Part shown: positions 11,733 to 24,500 of the stretch, in pieces
How positions within the stretch are numbered: the first letter of the stretch is position 1
Layout of the letters: each line of letters starts with the position of its first letter
Assembly: GCF_006345805.1 (NCBI RefSeq)
Contig: NC_043023.1
Span: 5,642,001-5,706,000, forward strand
Source: Octopus sinensis
Taxonomy: Eukaryota
Direction of reading: 5' to 3'
Length of the DNA: 64,000 nucleotides
Position numbers and translations under genes: made by a program
The notes under the pieces: generated by a model
Database searches by the model: none
What the model was told of the DNA's origin: nothing
What the model saw: only the letters and a program-made list of their open reading frames with translations

Positions 11733-11832
11733 NNNNNNNNNNNNNNNNNNNNNNNNNNNNNNNNNNNNNNNNNNNNNNNNNNNNNNNNNNNNNNNNNNNN
11801 NNNNNNNNNNNNNNNNNNNNNNNNNNNNNNNN
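11733..11832. other. Assembly gap (100 N)
   Basis: Exactly 100 Ns flanked by (GAT/AAT)n and (CA)n repeats. Confidence 1.
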
Positions 11833-12288
11833 CCACACATATACACACACAAACACACATACACACATACAACACAGCACACAGATACACACATAACACA
11901 CACACATATACACACATACACACACAACATATACACACCACACACATACACACATCCACACACACAACACATACACACACATACACACACACACTATACA
12001 CACATACACACACACACACACACACACATACACACACACACATATACACACACATACACACAAACATGTATGCATATAAAAGTATATATCTATGCTCATC
12101 AGACTATCTATCTATAGATATTTCTATTTATCTAGTTATCAGTGTGGTGTGTGCGTGTGTGTGTGAGAATATGTGTCTGCATGGTATCTATATACACACA
12201 CTCACACACACATACACATACATCAGTCCAGCCAACCATTCATCTGTCCCTACATATATATACATATATTTACATACATACATAATAC

Positions 12289-12344
<56 letters not shown>

Positions 12345-12575
12345 TAATAATAATAATAGTAGGGAATATAATTCCAAAACTTACAGGGAAAATTTCATTT
12401 TAACAATTTTAAATCAAATTTCACAATGTATAATATATGTATATAACTTAGAGAAAAATCGCAATTGAACAATTCAATAAAGAAAGATGTTATTTACACC
12501 ATATAGAAAAGATATACTATAAAAAAACCTTATTTTAAATCAATAAAGTACAATAAATGGTAAATAGTAGTAAAA

Positions 12576-12695
12576 AGACTACGCATGTTTCATGGCTATG
12601 CTTTCAAATAGATAATAATATTAAAATCAATTTGATTCAAAATTAAATTGAACTAGAATTAATTCTGTTTAAAAATATAGTCACTCCTCAGGTCT
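12576..12695 (-). ncRNA. Type I hammerhead motif with long stem II
   Basis: agac CTGAGGA gtgactat..(about 80 nt)..atagccat GAAA catgc GTA gtct; perfect stem I agac/gtct. A rearranged, truncated relative lies at 42388-42700. Confidence 0.65.
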
Positions 12696-12940
12696 AACAC
12701 AATAAATAATAAAAAATAAGAAATAATAATAATAGAATATTAACTTATACTAATTATCTAATAAATATATAAAAAATACGTGCATTAACTATAAATTATC
12801 GTAAAGCATTTAACAATATTTCTTAAAATAAAAATATAACTTATCTTGTTGAAGGATTTTCATTAACTAACAATTTAAACGTAAAATGTCAAACTTAACA
12901 TTTCTATATATAGATATACATAATGTATATATAATATATA

Positions 12941-13010
<70 letters not shown>

Positions 13011-13027
13011 ATATATGTATATATTTA

Positions 13028-13083
<56 letters not shown>

Positions 13084-13090
13084 AAAGGTA

Positions 13091-13125
<35 letters not shown>

Positions 13126-13147
13126 TTATATATATATATATATATAT

Positions 13148-14480
13148 CCATCATCATCATCGTTTACATCCATTTTCCATGCTGGCATGGGTTTGATGTT
13201 TCGACTGGGGTCTTGGAAGCCAGAAGGCTGCACCAGGCTCCAGTCTGATCTGTCAGTGTTTCTTCAGCTGGATGCCCTTCCTAACACCACTCACTCCTTG
13301 AGTGTGGTGGGTGCTTTTTACGTGCCACTGACACAAAGATCATAACTACAATTTCCATTTGATGTTGATGTACTTGACTTAATAAGTGAGTTCACGGCTG
13401 TATCCTACACCAGTGTTGCATAACCAGCTCACTCAAAAGTACTTTAGATCATAGGGCAACATGCTGTACTTGACTTAATAGTACAGCATGTTGCCCTATG
13501 ATCTAAAGTACTTTTGAGTGAGCTGGTTATGCAACACTGGTGTAGGATACAGCCGTGAACTCACTTTATTTGCTGGGTCTTCGCAGTCACAGCGTATCTC
13601 CACAGGTCTTGGTCTTTTGTCATTGCCTCTGTGAGGTCCAACGTTCGAAGGTCATGTTTCACCATCTCATCCCGTGTCTTCCTGGGTCTCCCTCTACCCC
13701 AGATTCCTTCCACTGTTTGGGAGTGGCACTTCTTCACACATCTCTCCTCATCCATCCGTAGTACATGACCATACCAACGCAAACGTCTCTCTTGCACACC
13801 ACATCCAATGCTTCTTATGTCCAGCATTTCTCTCAGGGCATTTACACTCTGTCGTGCATGGACACTGACATTACACATCCAGCAGATCATGCTAGCTTCA
13901 TTTCTTTCAAGCCTACACATGTCCTCTGCAGTCCTCACACATGCATCATACAATCTACCTTTCACTCTGAGCAAGAGACCCTTTGTTGCCAGGAGAGGTA
14001 GGAGCTTTCTAAACTTTGCCCAGGCTATTCTTATTCTAGTGGTGACACTCTCTGAGCATCCACCTCCACTACTAACTTGGTCACCTAGGTAGCAGAAACT
14101 ATCAACTACTTCTAGTTTCTTCCCCTGGAGTGTGATGGAATCTGTTTTCTGAGTATCTGTGGTGTCTATTGTCCCTGTGCATCTGCCGCACACGAAAGCT
14201 ATCTTCTCGGATAATTCTCCTTTGATAGTGCTGCACCTCTTATGTGTCCATAGCTTACACTGAGTACATCTTATGGAGTTTCTACCTACACCTTTTCTAC
14301 AGATCAAGCAGGGCCACCTGCCCGAGGGGGTCTGTGATGAGTTCACCTTTCTGCTTACTATAACTTTGGTCTTTACTCATTGACTCTAAGGCCAGGTCAT
14401 CAGCATAGAGGAGCTCCCAGGGGCAACCCATCTTGAATTCCTCTGTTACTACCTGGAAGACTATGATGAATAAAGGTCTT
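13148..14480 (-). mobile_element. RTE-clade LINE, 5'-truncated and degenerate
   Basis: ELLYADDLAL (RT motif), PHD-like Cys cluster, VDSFCYLG, RRLRWYGHVLRM, GRGRPRKT, then 3' UTR and (GAT)n tail. Confidence 0.9.
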
Positions 14481-14929
14481 TGCAACATTGACTCTAAGGC
14501 CCTTTGATTCTAAACCTTGCTTCCACACCTGAAATTTCTTCTCTAGTTCTAATAGTGATGTTAAATGATGATGAGGTTGATGATGATGATGATGATCATG
14601 ATGGTGGTGGTGACTGTACTAAGCAGTGATGGATATAAAAACAAACTCATTACCAATTCAAATATAATTGATGCTAATTTGAACCTGTAAGAAAGCCATT
14701 CACCACCACCACCACCATCTTGTCATCCTGTGCGCATCTTGCACATGCTTGGCTGATGGCATATCTGTGCTTGTATAGTTTGTCCTGGACAGGCAAAGCT
14801 CCCTAGTAGCACTGCCAGGCCAGAGATTTTTAGAACCTTCCCATTGGTCCTGGAAAAGAGCAGCTAGCTGATTTTCTTCGACACTCAAAATTTCCCTAAG
14901 AACATCAACATCAATAATAATAATGGTTT

Positions 14930-15830
14930 CAAATTTTGGCACAAAACCATCATATTATTTCTTTATTGCCCACAAGGGGCTAAACATAGAGGGGACAAAC
15001 AAGGACAGACAAAGGGATTAAGTCGATTAGATCGACCCAAATGCGTAACTAGTACTTAATTCATTGACCCCGAAAGGATGAAAGGGAAAGTCGACCTCGG
15101 CAGAATTTGAACTCAGAATGTAACGGCAGACGAAATACCGCTAAGCATTTCGCCCGGTGTGCTAACGTTTCTGCCAGCTCACCGCCTTATTCTGATTCTG
15201 CTATCTTGTTGCCTTTACGTACAAATATAAAAATTAGTTCAAATTTTGGCACAAGGCCAGCAATTCTGGGAGATTACATTAACCTCAGTACACAACTGGT
15301 ACTTATTTCATCTGCTACGAAAGGATGAAAAGCAAAGTTGATCTCAGTGGAATTTGAACTCAGAACATAAAGATCGATGAGATGTCACTAAGCATTTCAT
15401 CTGGCTAACGTTTCTTATTTCTTTATTACCCACAAGGGGCTAAACACAGAGGGAACAAACAAGGACAGACAAAGGGATTAAGTCGATTACATCAACCCCA
15501 ATGTGTAACTGGTACTTAATTTATCAACCCCAAAAGGATGAAAGGCAAAGTCAACCTCGGTGGAATTTGAACTCAGAGCATAACAGCAGTCGAAATACCG
15601 CTCAGCATTTCACCCGGCGTGCTAACGTTTCTGCCAGCTCACACAAAACCATCATGTTCAAGGAAGGGGCTAAGTTGATTACATTGACCCCAGGGGTTCA
15701 CTGGTATTTATTTTATTGATCTTTAAATAATGAAACACAAAATTTACCTTGGGATTTGAACTCAGAATGCGAGGATGGACAAAATGCTGCTAAGCATTTT
15801 GCCTGGCATGCTAATGATTCTCCCAGCTCA
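14930..15830 (-). mobile_element. Cluster of 4 SINE family E copies
   Basis: Repeated GAGTTCAAATTC...GACTTTGCCTTTCATCCTTTCGGGGTCGAT core with tRNA-like head. Other copies at about 1310-1480, 9650-9865, 18680-18985, 28760-28935, 31990-32310, 37130-37330 and 48980-49140. Confidence 0.8.
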
Positions 15831-16398
15831 AATAATAGAAAACACATGGGCCAAGGTGCTGCATGCTGGGACTGAACCTGAAACCAGGTGGTTGAAAAGG
15901 CGAGCTTCTTAACCACATAGTCATTACTGCCCACAAGTATATGAGCGCACACACACACACACATACACACACACACGCAGTTGCCCCTGCAAATCACTTG
16001 CGGAAATAAATTCTTAATATTAATTTAAAAACACAAAAAAAATGTCAACCAATCATTTATTGAAATGGAGATAACAACAAGGATGCATGTATGTATGTGT
16101 ACATATATCTGTATGTGTGTATATAATATATATATATATGTATGTGTATATACATATATATATACACACACACACACACATATGTGTGTGTGTGTGATGT
16201 GTGTGTATGTGAATATGTATATGTGTGTACGAATATGTATATATGTATGTATACATAAAGATATATATATTTGAATATATATATACCCATAAATACACAA
16301 GTATGAGGACAGGCACACTTAAAGCAGGTGGGTGTGAAAGTGTATATATATATATATAATATAATATATATATATATAATATTATATATATACATATA

Positions 16399-16460
<62 letters not shown>

Positions 16461-16495
16461 ATATATTATATACATACATACATATATTATATATA

Positions 16496-16533
<38 letters not shown>

Positions 16534-16568
16534 GTACATATATATGTGTATATAATATCTATTAATAT

Positions 16569-16610
<42 letters not shown>

Positions 16611-16879
16611 TATATGTATATATATACATATATATATATTTGATAGTGTAGCTATTGATTGCTGCTGGCCGTATGTTCATTTTCTCATATGATTGTGTGA
16701 TATAGACCACAATGGTGTCTTATCAGGAAAGATGAACCCTGAGATTGTGGGGTGTGTGAATTGCGTTATCAGTGGTTCAAATAGCAGTTGGTGCTGTTCA
16801 CAGTTAATTATCAGAACCCAGTGTGCCCCTCCCCTCCATGTCTGTTCTTTCTTTCTTTGTGCTACGCCTACAACTGTAT

Positions 16880-17160
16880 GTCGCCACACCACCACCATAA
16901 CCACCACCACCACCACCTTCACCACCACTACACACCACCGCACACCACCACAACCACCACACTACCACATATAACCACCACCACCACCACAACCACCACC
17001 ACCACACACACACACCACCACCACCAACACCACCACCAACACCACCACCACACACCACCACCGCTACCACCACCACTACACACACACACCACCACCACAC
17101 ACCACCACCACACACCACCACACACCACCACACCACCACCACCACCACCGTGGCCACATA
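16880..17160. repeat. (CAC)n low-complexity tract
   Basis: Direct inspection. Confidence 0.9.
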
Positions 17161-17419
17161 ATACTCTCAGCGCCCCCACCCCCTATTTTTATGTATAAAT
17201 AAATATTTTATATTTTACTAATTTATATATATTATGAATCATTTGATATTTAATATAATATTATATAATTTGTACACAATACTATAATAATATCGGTTCT
17301 GGGTTCAGTCCCACTGCATGGCACCTTGGGCAAGTGTCTTCTACTATAGCCTCGGACTGACCAAATCCTTGTGAGTGGATTTGGTAGACGCAAACTGAAA
17401 GAAGCCCATCATATATATG

Positions 17420-17450
<31 letters not shown>

Positions 17451-18009
17451 GTGTGTATATGTTTGTGTGTCTGTGTTTGTCCCCCCAACATCACTCGACA
17501 ACCGATGCTGGTGTGTTTATGTCCCTGTTACTTATCGGTTTGGCAAAAGAGACCGATAGAATAAGTACTAGAAAAAGAAAACAAGCAGAATTGTTGGAGG
17601 TAGTTCCAAAATGGAAAAGATATGAAGCTTCTGATGGAAGTAAATCTCTAAATGGGAGATGTGGTGTGAAAAAAAAATTCACTTCCAACAGAAGTCAATC
17701 TTGAAAGGAGAGATGTTGTGGTGGTAGACATTAACACACCTGTGTAATTAAAAGGTGGACTCGTTAAACTCTTATAAAGCGTAATGTGTCTTGTTGAGAC
17801 CAGAGGAAGATGTTGTAGTCAGAAATGACATCTATGAATACATTACTTTACTCTCATTTCATATAGAAGAGGCATATGGCATTGCCAGCCCATGACTTAT
17901 ATGATGATGTATGGGTATGCCTTGAGAGTATGATATTGAAAAATACAACACAAAGTCAGTAAAATGGGATGACTTCTTATGAAAGTCACGAAAAGTCTAT
18001 GCAGGCATT

Positions 18010-18397
18010 GGAGTGGCTGTGTGGTAAGTAGCTTGCTTACCAACCACATGGTTCCGGGTTTAGTCCCACTGCGTGGCACCTTGGGCAAGTGTCTTCTACT
18101 ATAGCCTCAGGTCGACCAAAGCCTTGTGAGTGGATTTGGTAGATGGAAACTGAAAGAAGCCTGTCATATATATGTACATATATGTATGTGTGTGTCTGTG
18201 TGTGTCCCCCCCAACATCACTTGATGGTGGTGTGTTTACATCTTCATAACTTAGCGGTTCGGCAAAAGAGACCGATAGAATAAGTACTAGGCTTACAAAG
18301 AATAAGTCCTGGGGTCGATTTGCTCGACTAAAGGCGGTGCTCCAGCATGGCCACAGTTAAATGACTGAAACAAGTAAAAGAGTAAAAGAGTAAAAGG
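18010..18397 (+). mobile_element. SINE family A, full length
   Basis: Head, internal microsatellite and (GAGTAAAA)n tail. Other full copies at about 8730-9118, 20510-21003, 24500-24900, 37425-37848, 43457-43830, 46025-46404 and 51065-51460. Confidence 0.85.
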
Positions 18398-19045
18398 GAG
18401 TAAGATGAGATGCCCTCATGATGTCTTGTCAGGGTGGGAGAATACACCAATCACTAGAAGGCTCTTTAATAATGATTCACATAATTTTATATCACTCATT
18501 GCTTGTAGTTAGGGCAAGGATATTAAGGACTGAAAAGAATGAAGACTCATCACACAGAGAAGAGGTCTGTGGCATATGCTTTGGAACAGGGGTACAAGTG
18601 CACCCCCTAAAGTTTTTTGTGGGGCAATGAAAATATTTTGAACATCCTCCTCAAAAACGTTGCATTTCAGTTTATTGGATTTTGGCAGAAACGTTAGCAC
18701 ACGGGGCGAAATGCTTAGCGGTATTTCGTTATGTTGTGAGTTCAAATTCTGCCGAGGTCGACTTTGCCTCCTCATCCTTTCGTGGTCGATTAAATAAGTA
18801 CCAGTTACGCACTGGGGTCGATGCAATCCGTTTGCACCTATATACACAAATATAAAAGTGATTTCAAATTTTGGTGCAAGGCCAGCAATTCTGGGGTAGT
18901 AGGTAAGTTAATTACATTGATCCGGGACTCAACTGGTACTTATTTAATTGACCCTAAAAGGAAGAAAGGCTAAGTCAACTTCGACTAAAGGTGGTGCTCT
19001 GGCATGGCCACAGTCAAACGACTGAAACAAGTAAAAGAATAAAAG

Positions 19046-19121
<76 letters not shown>

Positions 19122-19804
19122 GTCCTTTTTTCCTTCTTTGGACACTAAAACTCTGCTTGCGAAGACCTATTGAGGCAAGTGAAATCAAAAATCAAAGATC
19201 AAAATCAAATTCAATGACTGGCATCCGTGCTAGTGGGGTGCAAAAAACACCATATGAGTGTGATCATTGACAGAGTGGCTAACTGGCTTCCGTGCCAGTG
19301 GCACTTAAAGGGCACCATTCGAGCGTGATCATTACCAGCATCACATTACTGGCACTTGAACCCCGTGCTAGTAAGGTGCTAAGAACACCATCCGAGCGTG
19401 ATTGTTACCAGAGTGGCTATCTGGCCTCTGTGCCAATGGCATGTAAAAGACGTCATTTGAGCATGATTGTTACCAGCATCACCTTACTAGCACCTGCACT
19501 GGTGGCATGTGTAAAAGATTCGAGTGAGGTCGTTGCCAGTACCGCCTGACTGACCCCATGCCAGTGGCGCATAAAAGCACCCACTACACTCTCGGAGTGG
19601 TTGGCATTAGGAAGGGCATCCAGCTGTAGAAACATTGCTAGATCAGATTGGAGCCTGGTGCAGCCATCTGGTTCACCAGCCCTCAGTCATTCGTCCAATC
19701 CATGCTAGCATGGAAAGTGGACGTTAAACGATGACGATGATGACGATGATGTGTATCTGTCTCTTTCTTTCTCTCTTTATCTAGTACATAGGAGTATATG
19801 AGTG

Positions 19805-19843
<39 letters not shown>

Positions 19844-21014
19844 TAGATGCACCTCATTATATCGTTTTATCTGTGTTGGCAATGCTTCAAACTCGTTAAT
19901 TCTTTTTATGCTTGTGGCTTGTCAACTAAATCACTAGATTAAATATTCAAGCGCATTAAATGACTTTATAGGTTGTCGTCGAAATTCTGCCAGATCACCA
20001 TCTTATGTACAAGTATAATAATAATGATGATGATTATTATACCTGTTCTTGTTTTGATACTAAGACTGAAAAAAAATAGGACCTTATTTGTAATTGAATT
20101 TTGGACCTGAGTTTGTACTCCCAAGCAAATTTTGTTCCTGCACTTATAGTCTGTGGTGCGAGGTAGCAATGCCCAGTTTTCCTGGTAGTCTTGAATTTTT
20201 TTCAGTATTTTACATACAACTTATTCTGTAGGACATTTCCTTCATCAGCCTGTTGACTGGAGGTCATTATGATTTCACCACCTTCTTTCAGTAACAGTAA
20301 GACAGGAATTGGCACCAGGAAAAGTTCCCAGTGTCCAAAACGTCTGTTAGCTGTCTGTACATCAGTTTACTCAAGCCCTTTACTTCCTGACAATTTTCTC
20401 CACTAATCTCAACTTTGGACTGTCTTTTCCTCAGTGAAGGCCATACCCTGCTGGATCTTGTGGGTTTTGAATTGTCATTGATATTTCTTTAACTTTGCTT
20501 TTATATAGATAGGTTCAAATGTGACTGTGTAGTAAGAAACTTGCTTCCTAACCACATTGTTCTGGGTTCAGTCTTACTGTTTGGCACCTTGGGTAAGTGT
20601 CTTCTACTATAATCATGGGCTGACCAAAACCTTGTGAGTGGATTTGGTAGACGGAGATTAAAAGAAGCTATCATGTGTGTGTGTGTGTATGTGTATGTGT
20701 GTGTGTGTGTGTGCGTGACACATGCATGCATGAGTATGTGTGCACGTGCATGCATGTGTGTGCATGTATGTATGCATGTGTGTGTGTATGTGTGTGTTTG
20801 TGTTTGTCCTCCACTATTGCTTGACAACTGATGTTAGTGTATTTATGTCCCTGTAACCTAGTGGTTCAGCAAAAGAGGCTGATAGAATGAGTACCAGGCT
20901 TAAAAAAAGTAACCAGTACTGGGGTCGATTTGTGTGACTAAAATTCTTCAAGGCAGTGCCTCAGCATGGCCACAGTCTAATGACTGAAACAAGTAAAAAG
21001 ATAGGAGTATTGAC

Positions 21015-23460
21015 CCTACAGATTGTATGATACCTGTGTGCAAACAGCCATGCTACACAGCAGTGAAACGTGGGCTGTGACTGCTGAGGACATCTGTAGG
21101 CTTGAAAGAAATGATGCTAGTATGTTTCGCTGGATGTACAGTGTCAGTGTGCATACACAACAGAGTGTAAACATCTTGAGAGAAAAGTTGGGCTTAAGAG
21201 ACATCAGATATGGTGTGCAAGAGAGACAACTGCACTGGTATTTTTTTTCGTTTTTTTTCTTTTATTTGTTTCAGTCAATTGACTGCGGCCATGCTGGAGC
21301 ACCACCTTTAGTTGAACAAATCAACCCCTGGACTTATTCTTTGTAAGCCCAGCACCTATTCTATCGGTCTCTTTTGCCGAACCGCTAAGTGACGGGGACG
21401 TAAACACACCAGCATCGGTTGTCAAGCAATGCTAGGGGGACAAACACAGACACACAAACACACACACACACACACATACATATACGAGGGGCGTTCAATA
21501 AGTAATGCCCCTGACCCACTTCCCATAGCAGTAGAGCAACGAAACTTGGCATAGTTATTAGTCTTTTTCTACATAGGAATCACCCAGAGTTACGCATTTC
21601 TCCCATTGTTTGATGCAGCTCTGGAGACCGTTTTTGTAGAAGACCCCAGCTTGGTCCTCCAACCTGAACGCGACTTCAGAAATCAAGGCTGCATCATCTG
21701 GGATGGGGGAGGAGTTCATAGCCATACGCCTGTGCTTCTGATCTGGCAACAAGCGAGTTGTGGACCGGAGCGTTGTCCTGCAGGAGGAGGATGCCTTTGC
21801 TGATCTTGCCCCGCCTCTTGATTTTGATAACTTCTCTTAATTTCCTCAAAAGTGAAGCATAATAGGCTCCTGCAATTGTGGTACCCTTTGCCAGGAAATC
21901 TGTCATCCCTACTCCGTCCTGGTCCCAGAAGACTGAGCATGACCTTGCCAGCGGAGGGCTGCACCCTTGCCTTCTTTGGAGGGGGTGAGTCACGGTGCTT
22001 CCACTGCATTGACTGGGCTTTGGTCTCTGGATCATAGTGATGGACCCAGGTTTCATCCTGTGTAATCAGTCTTTTGAAAAATTTTGACTCATCTTCTTGG
22101 CACATCTCCAAATTCACCCTCGAGCACTCGACGCGTTCTTGCTTCTGGAAAGGCGTGAGCAACCTGGGAATCCATCTGGCAGACACCTTTTGCATATGCA
22201 AATGGTCATGAATGATAGTTTCCACAGACCCGGTACTAATCTTGACCTCATGGGCTATTTGGCGAATAGTTATGCGTCGATCTTCCAAAATGGCAGCCTC
22301 AACTTGACGGACAGATGCCTCATCAATGGCAGAAGGGGGCGACCAGATCTGGGAGCTGTTTCCACAGAGTTCCGACCATGTTTGAATTCACGATGCCAGC
22401 GTTTTACAAGGTCATATGATGGGGCATCATCACCATAAGTTACTTTCATTTCATCATCAAAAGTCTCCCGTGGTGTGCGTCCTTTCAAATACAAAAACCG
22501 GATCACTGCTCGACACTCAACAGGCTCCATTTCACACTTGACTCGGTTCAAACACCTATAAATCAGAAACCACAATTAATTCAGAGCTGTAATTTGCCAC
22601 TTACTCTATAGAGATATAAATTATTGCACATGCAAAATTTCAGCTAGATCAAACAACTGCAAATGGGTCAGAGGCATTACTTATTGAACGTCCCTTGTAT
22701 ATATATATATATATATATACATATATACGACAGGCTTCTTTCAGTTTCTGTCTACCAAATCCACTCACAAGGCTTTGGTCGGCCCAAGGCTATAGTAGAA
22801 GACACTTGCCCAAGATGCCATGCAGTGGTACTGAACCCGGAACCATGTGGTTGGTTAGCAAGCTACTTACCACACAGCCACTCCTGCGCCTATGGTCATG
22901 TGATGCATATGGATGAGGACAGCTGTGTGAAGAAGTGCTGATCTCTAGCTGTGGAGGAGAACCTCTGGAAGAGGTAGACCCAGGAAGACATGAGATGAGG
23001 TGGTGAGACAAGATCTTCGAACATTGAGCCTCACAGAGGGAATGACTAAGACATTTGATGATATGCCATACTAGAGAAGACCTGTTGAGCCAAGTGAAAT
23101 TTTAGCCATCTCTGTTGTCGGTGTCATATAACTGGCACGTAAAATGCACCTTTTGTGTGCTGGGCCTCATCGAGGCAATGTTAAATGACCAGGACCTTTG
23201 GCAATATGCTGTGTCTGAGAAGATGACCTATCAAGCCAAGTGAAATTGTAGTCATGTCAGATACTGGTGTCACACAACTGGCATGTAAAAGCACCCATTA
23301 CACTGTTGGAGTGGTTGGTGTTAGGAAGGGCATCCAACTGTAGAAACCATGCGAAATTAGACTGGTGTCTGGTGCATCCCCTCAGCTTATTGGCCCTGGT
23401 CAAACCGTCCAACTCATACTAGTATGGACAAATGGACACTAAATAATGATGATGATGATG
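21015..23460 (+). mobile_element. RTE LINE 3' fragment split by a nested SINE A (about 21260-22892)
   Basis: LYDTCVQTAMLHSSETWA...ERQLHWY | GHVMHMDEDSCVKKC resumes after the insertion. Confidence 0.85.
21485..22697 (-). mobile_element. Mariner transposon, defective
   Basis: TIRs cgaggggcgttcaataagtaatgcc / ggcattacttattgaacgtcccttg with TA TSDs; frameshifted transposase (ITQDETWVHHYDPE, LLQDNAPVH); YSPDLAP-D region deleted. Confidence 0.93.
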
Positions 23461-24001
23461 ACGATATATATATGTATGTGTGTATATATATATATACGGA
23501 GTGGTTGGCGTTAGGAAGGGCATCCAGCTGTAGAAACATTGCCAAATTAGACTGGAGCCTGGTGCAGCCTTCTGGCTTCCCAGAACCCCGGTCGAACCGT
23601 CCAACCCATGCTAGCATGGAGAACGGACGTTAAACGACGATGATGATGATGATGATGATATATATATATTCCCAGCCTCGCCTGGCCTCCGTGCTGGTGG
23701 CATGTAAAAAGCACCATCCGATCGTGGCCATTGCCAGCCTCGCCTGGCCCCCGTGCCGGTGGCATGTAAAAAGCACCATCCGTCCGTGGCCGTTTGCCAG
23801 CTCCGTCTAGCACCTGTGCCGGTGGCACGTAAAAAGCACCCACTACACTCACGGAGTGGTTGGCGTTAGGAAGGGCATCCAGCTGTAGAAACACTCCCAG
23901 ATCAGACTGGGCCTGATGCAGCCTTCTGGCTCCACAGACCCCAGTTGAACCGTCCAATCCATGCTAGCATGGAAAGCGGACGCTAAATGATGATGATGAT
24001 G

Positions 24002-24037
<36 letters not shown>

Positions 24038-24059
24038 GTCTTGGTCTGGCTGTTGTCTG

Positions 24060-24500
24060 TGCAGCATCGATATTCCTCCCTGTGCCTGTTAAATCTTGTA
24101 TCTCTGCTGTAAGGCTTCATCTCGACACATGCCAGCTTAATTTAATTTGTCCTTAGTCGAAAGACACCCGTTGTTATGTCCTGTTATTATTTTTATTGTA
24201 TTTGTGTAACATTATCCGTTTTTTTTTCTGTCCTTGTTTTTGTATACATTTGCTGCTTTCTTCCAAGGAATCTAATACTCGTAGCTTAGTTTTTCCTTGG
24301 GGCTGGCCAGATTGGAGCAATCTCAAGAATAATCAGCCCAAATTGTGAAGATAATCTGGTACTTGACTGAGGAAAGAAAACTTCAAATGACCTGTCCTTG
24401 TTTTCTTTGTATCATCTATCTGGATGTTTTGTTGTCCCATTTTTGTATCACCTAGTTGTCCAGATGTTTTGCGTTCTGGTCCCATTTTGTATTTGATATC
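24060..24500. repeat. Unclassified interspersed repeat
   Basis: Shared with about 27195-27390 and 45590-45980 (ttccaaggaatctaat...ggccagattggagcaatc). Confidence 0.7.

Noticed and set aside
11453-12403. ORFs spanning the N gap
   Set aside because: Microsatellite and gap translations.
14700-14942. 80-aa minus-strand ORF in non-repetitive sequence
   Set aside because: Starts inside a SINE tail, no recognisable homology and no splice-supported partners.
20040-20490. Possible LINE 3' relic on - ending in (TAA/CAT)n
   Set aside because: Too degenerate to assign by eye.
24360-24400. CTGAGGA aag-aaaa-ctt in the unclassified repeat as a hammerhead
   Set aside because: No GAAA box in any of the three copies.
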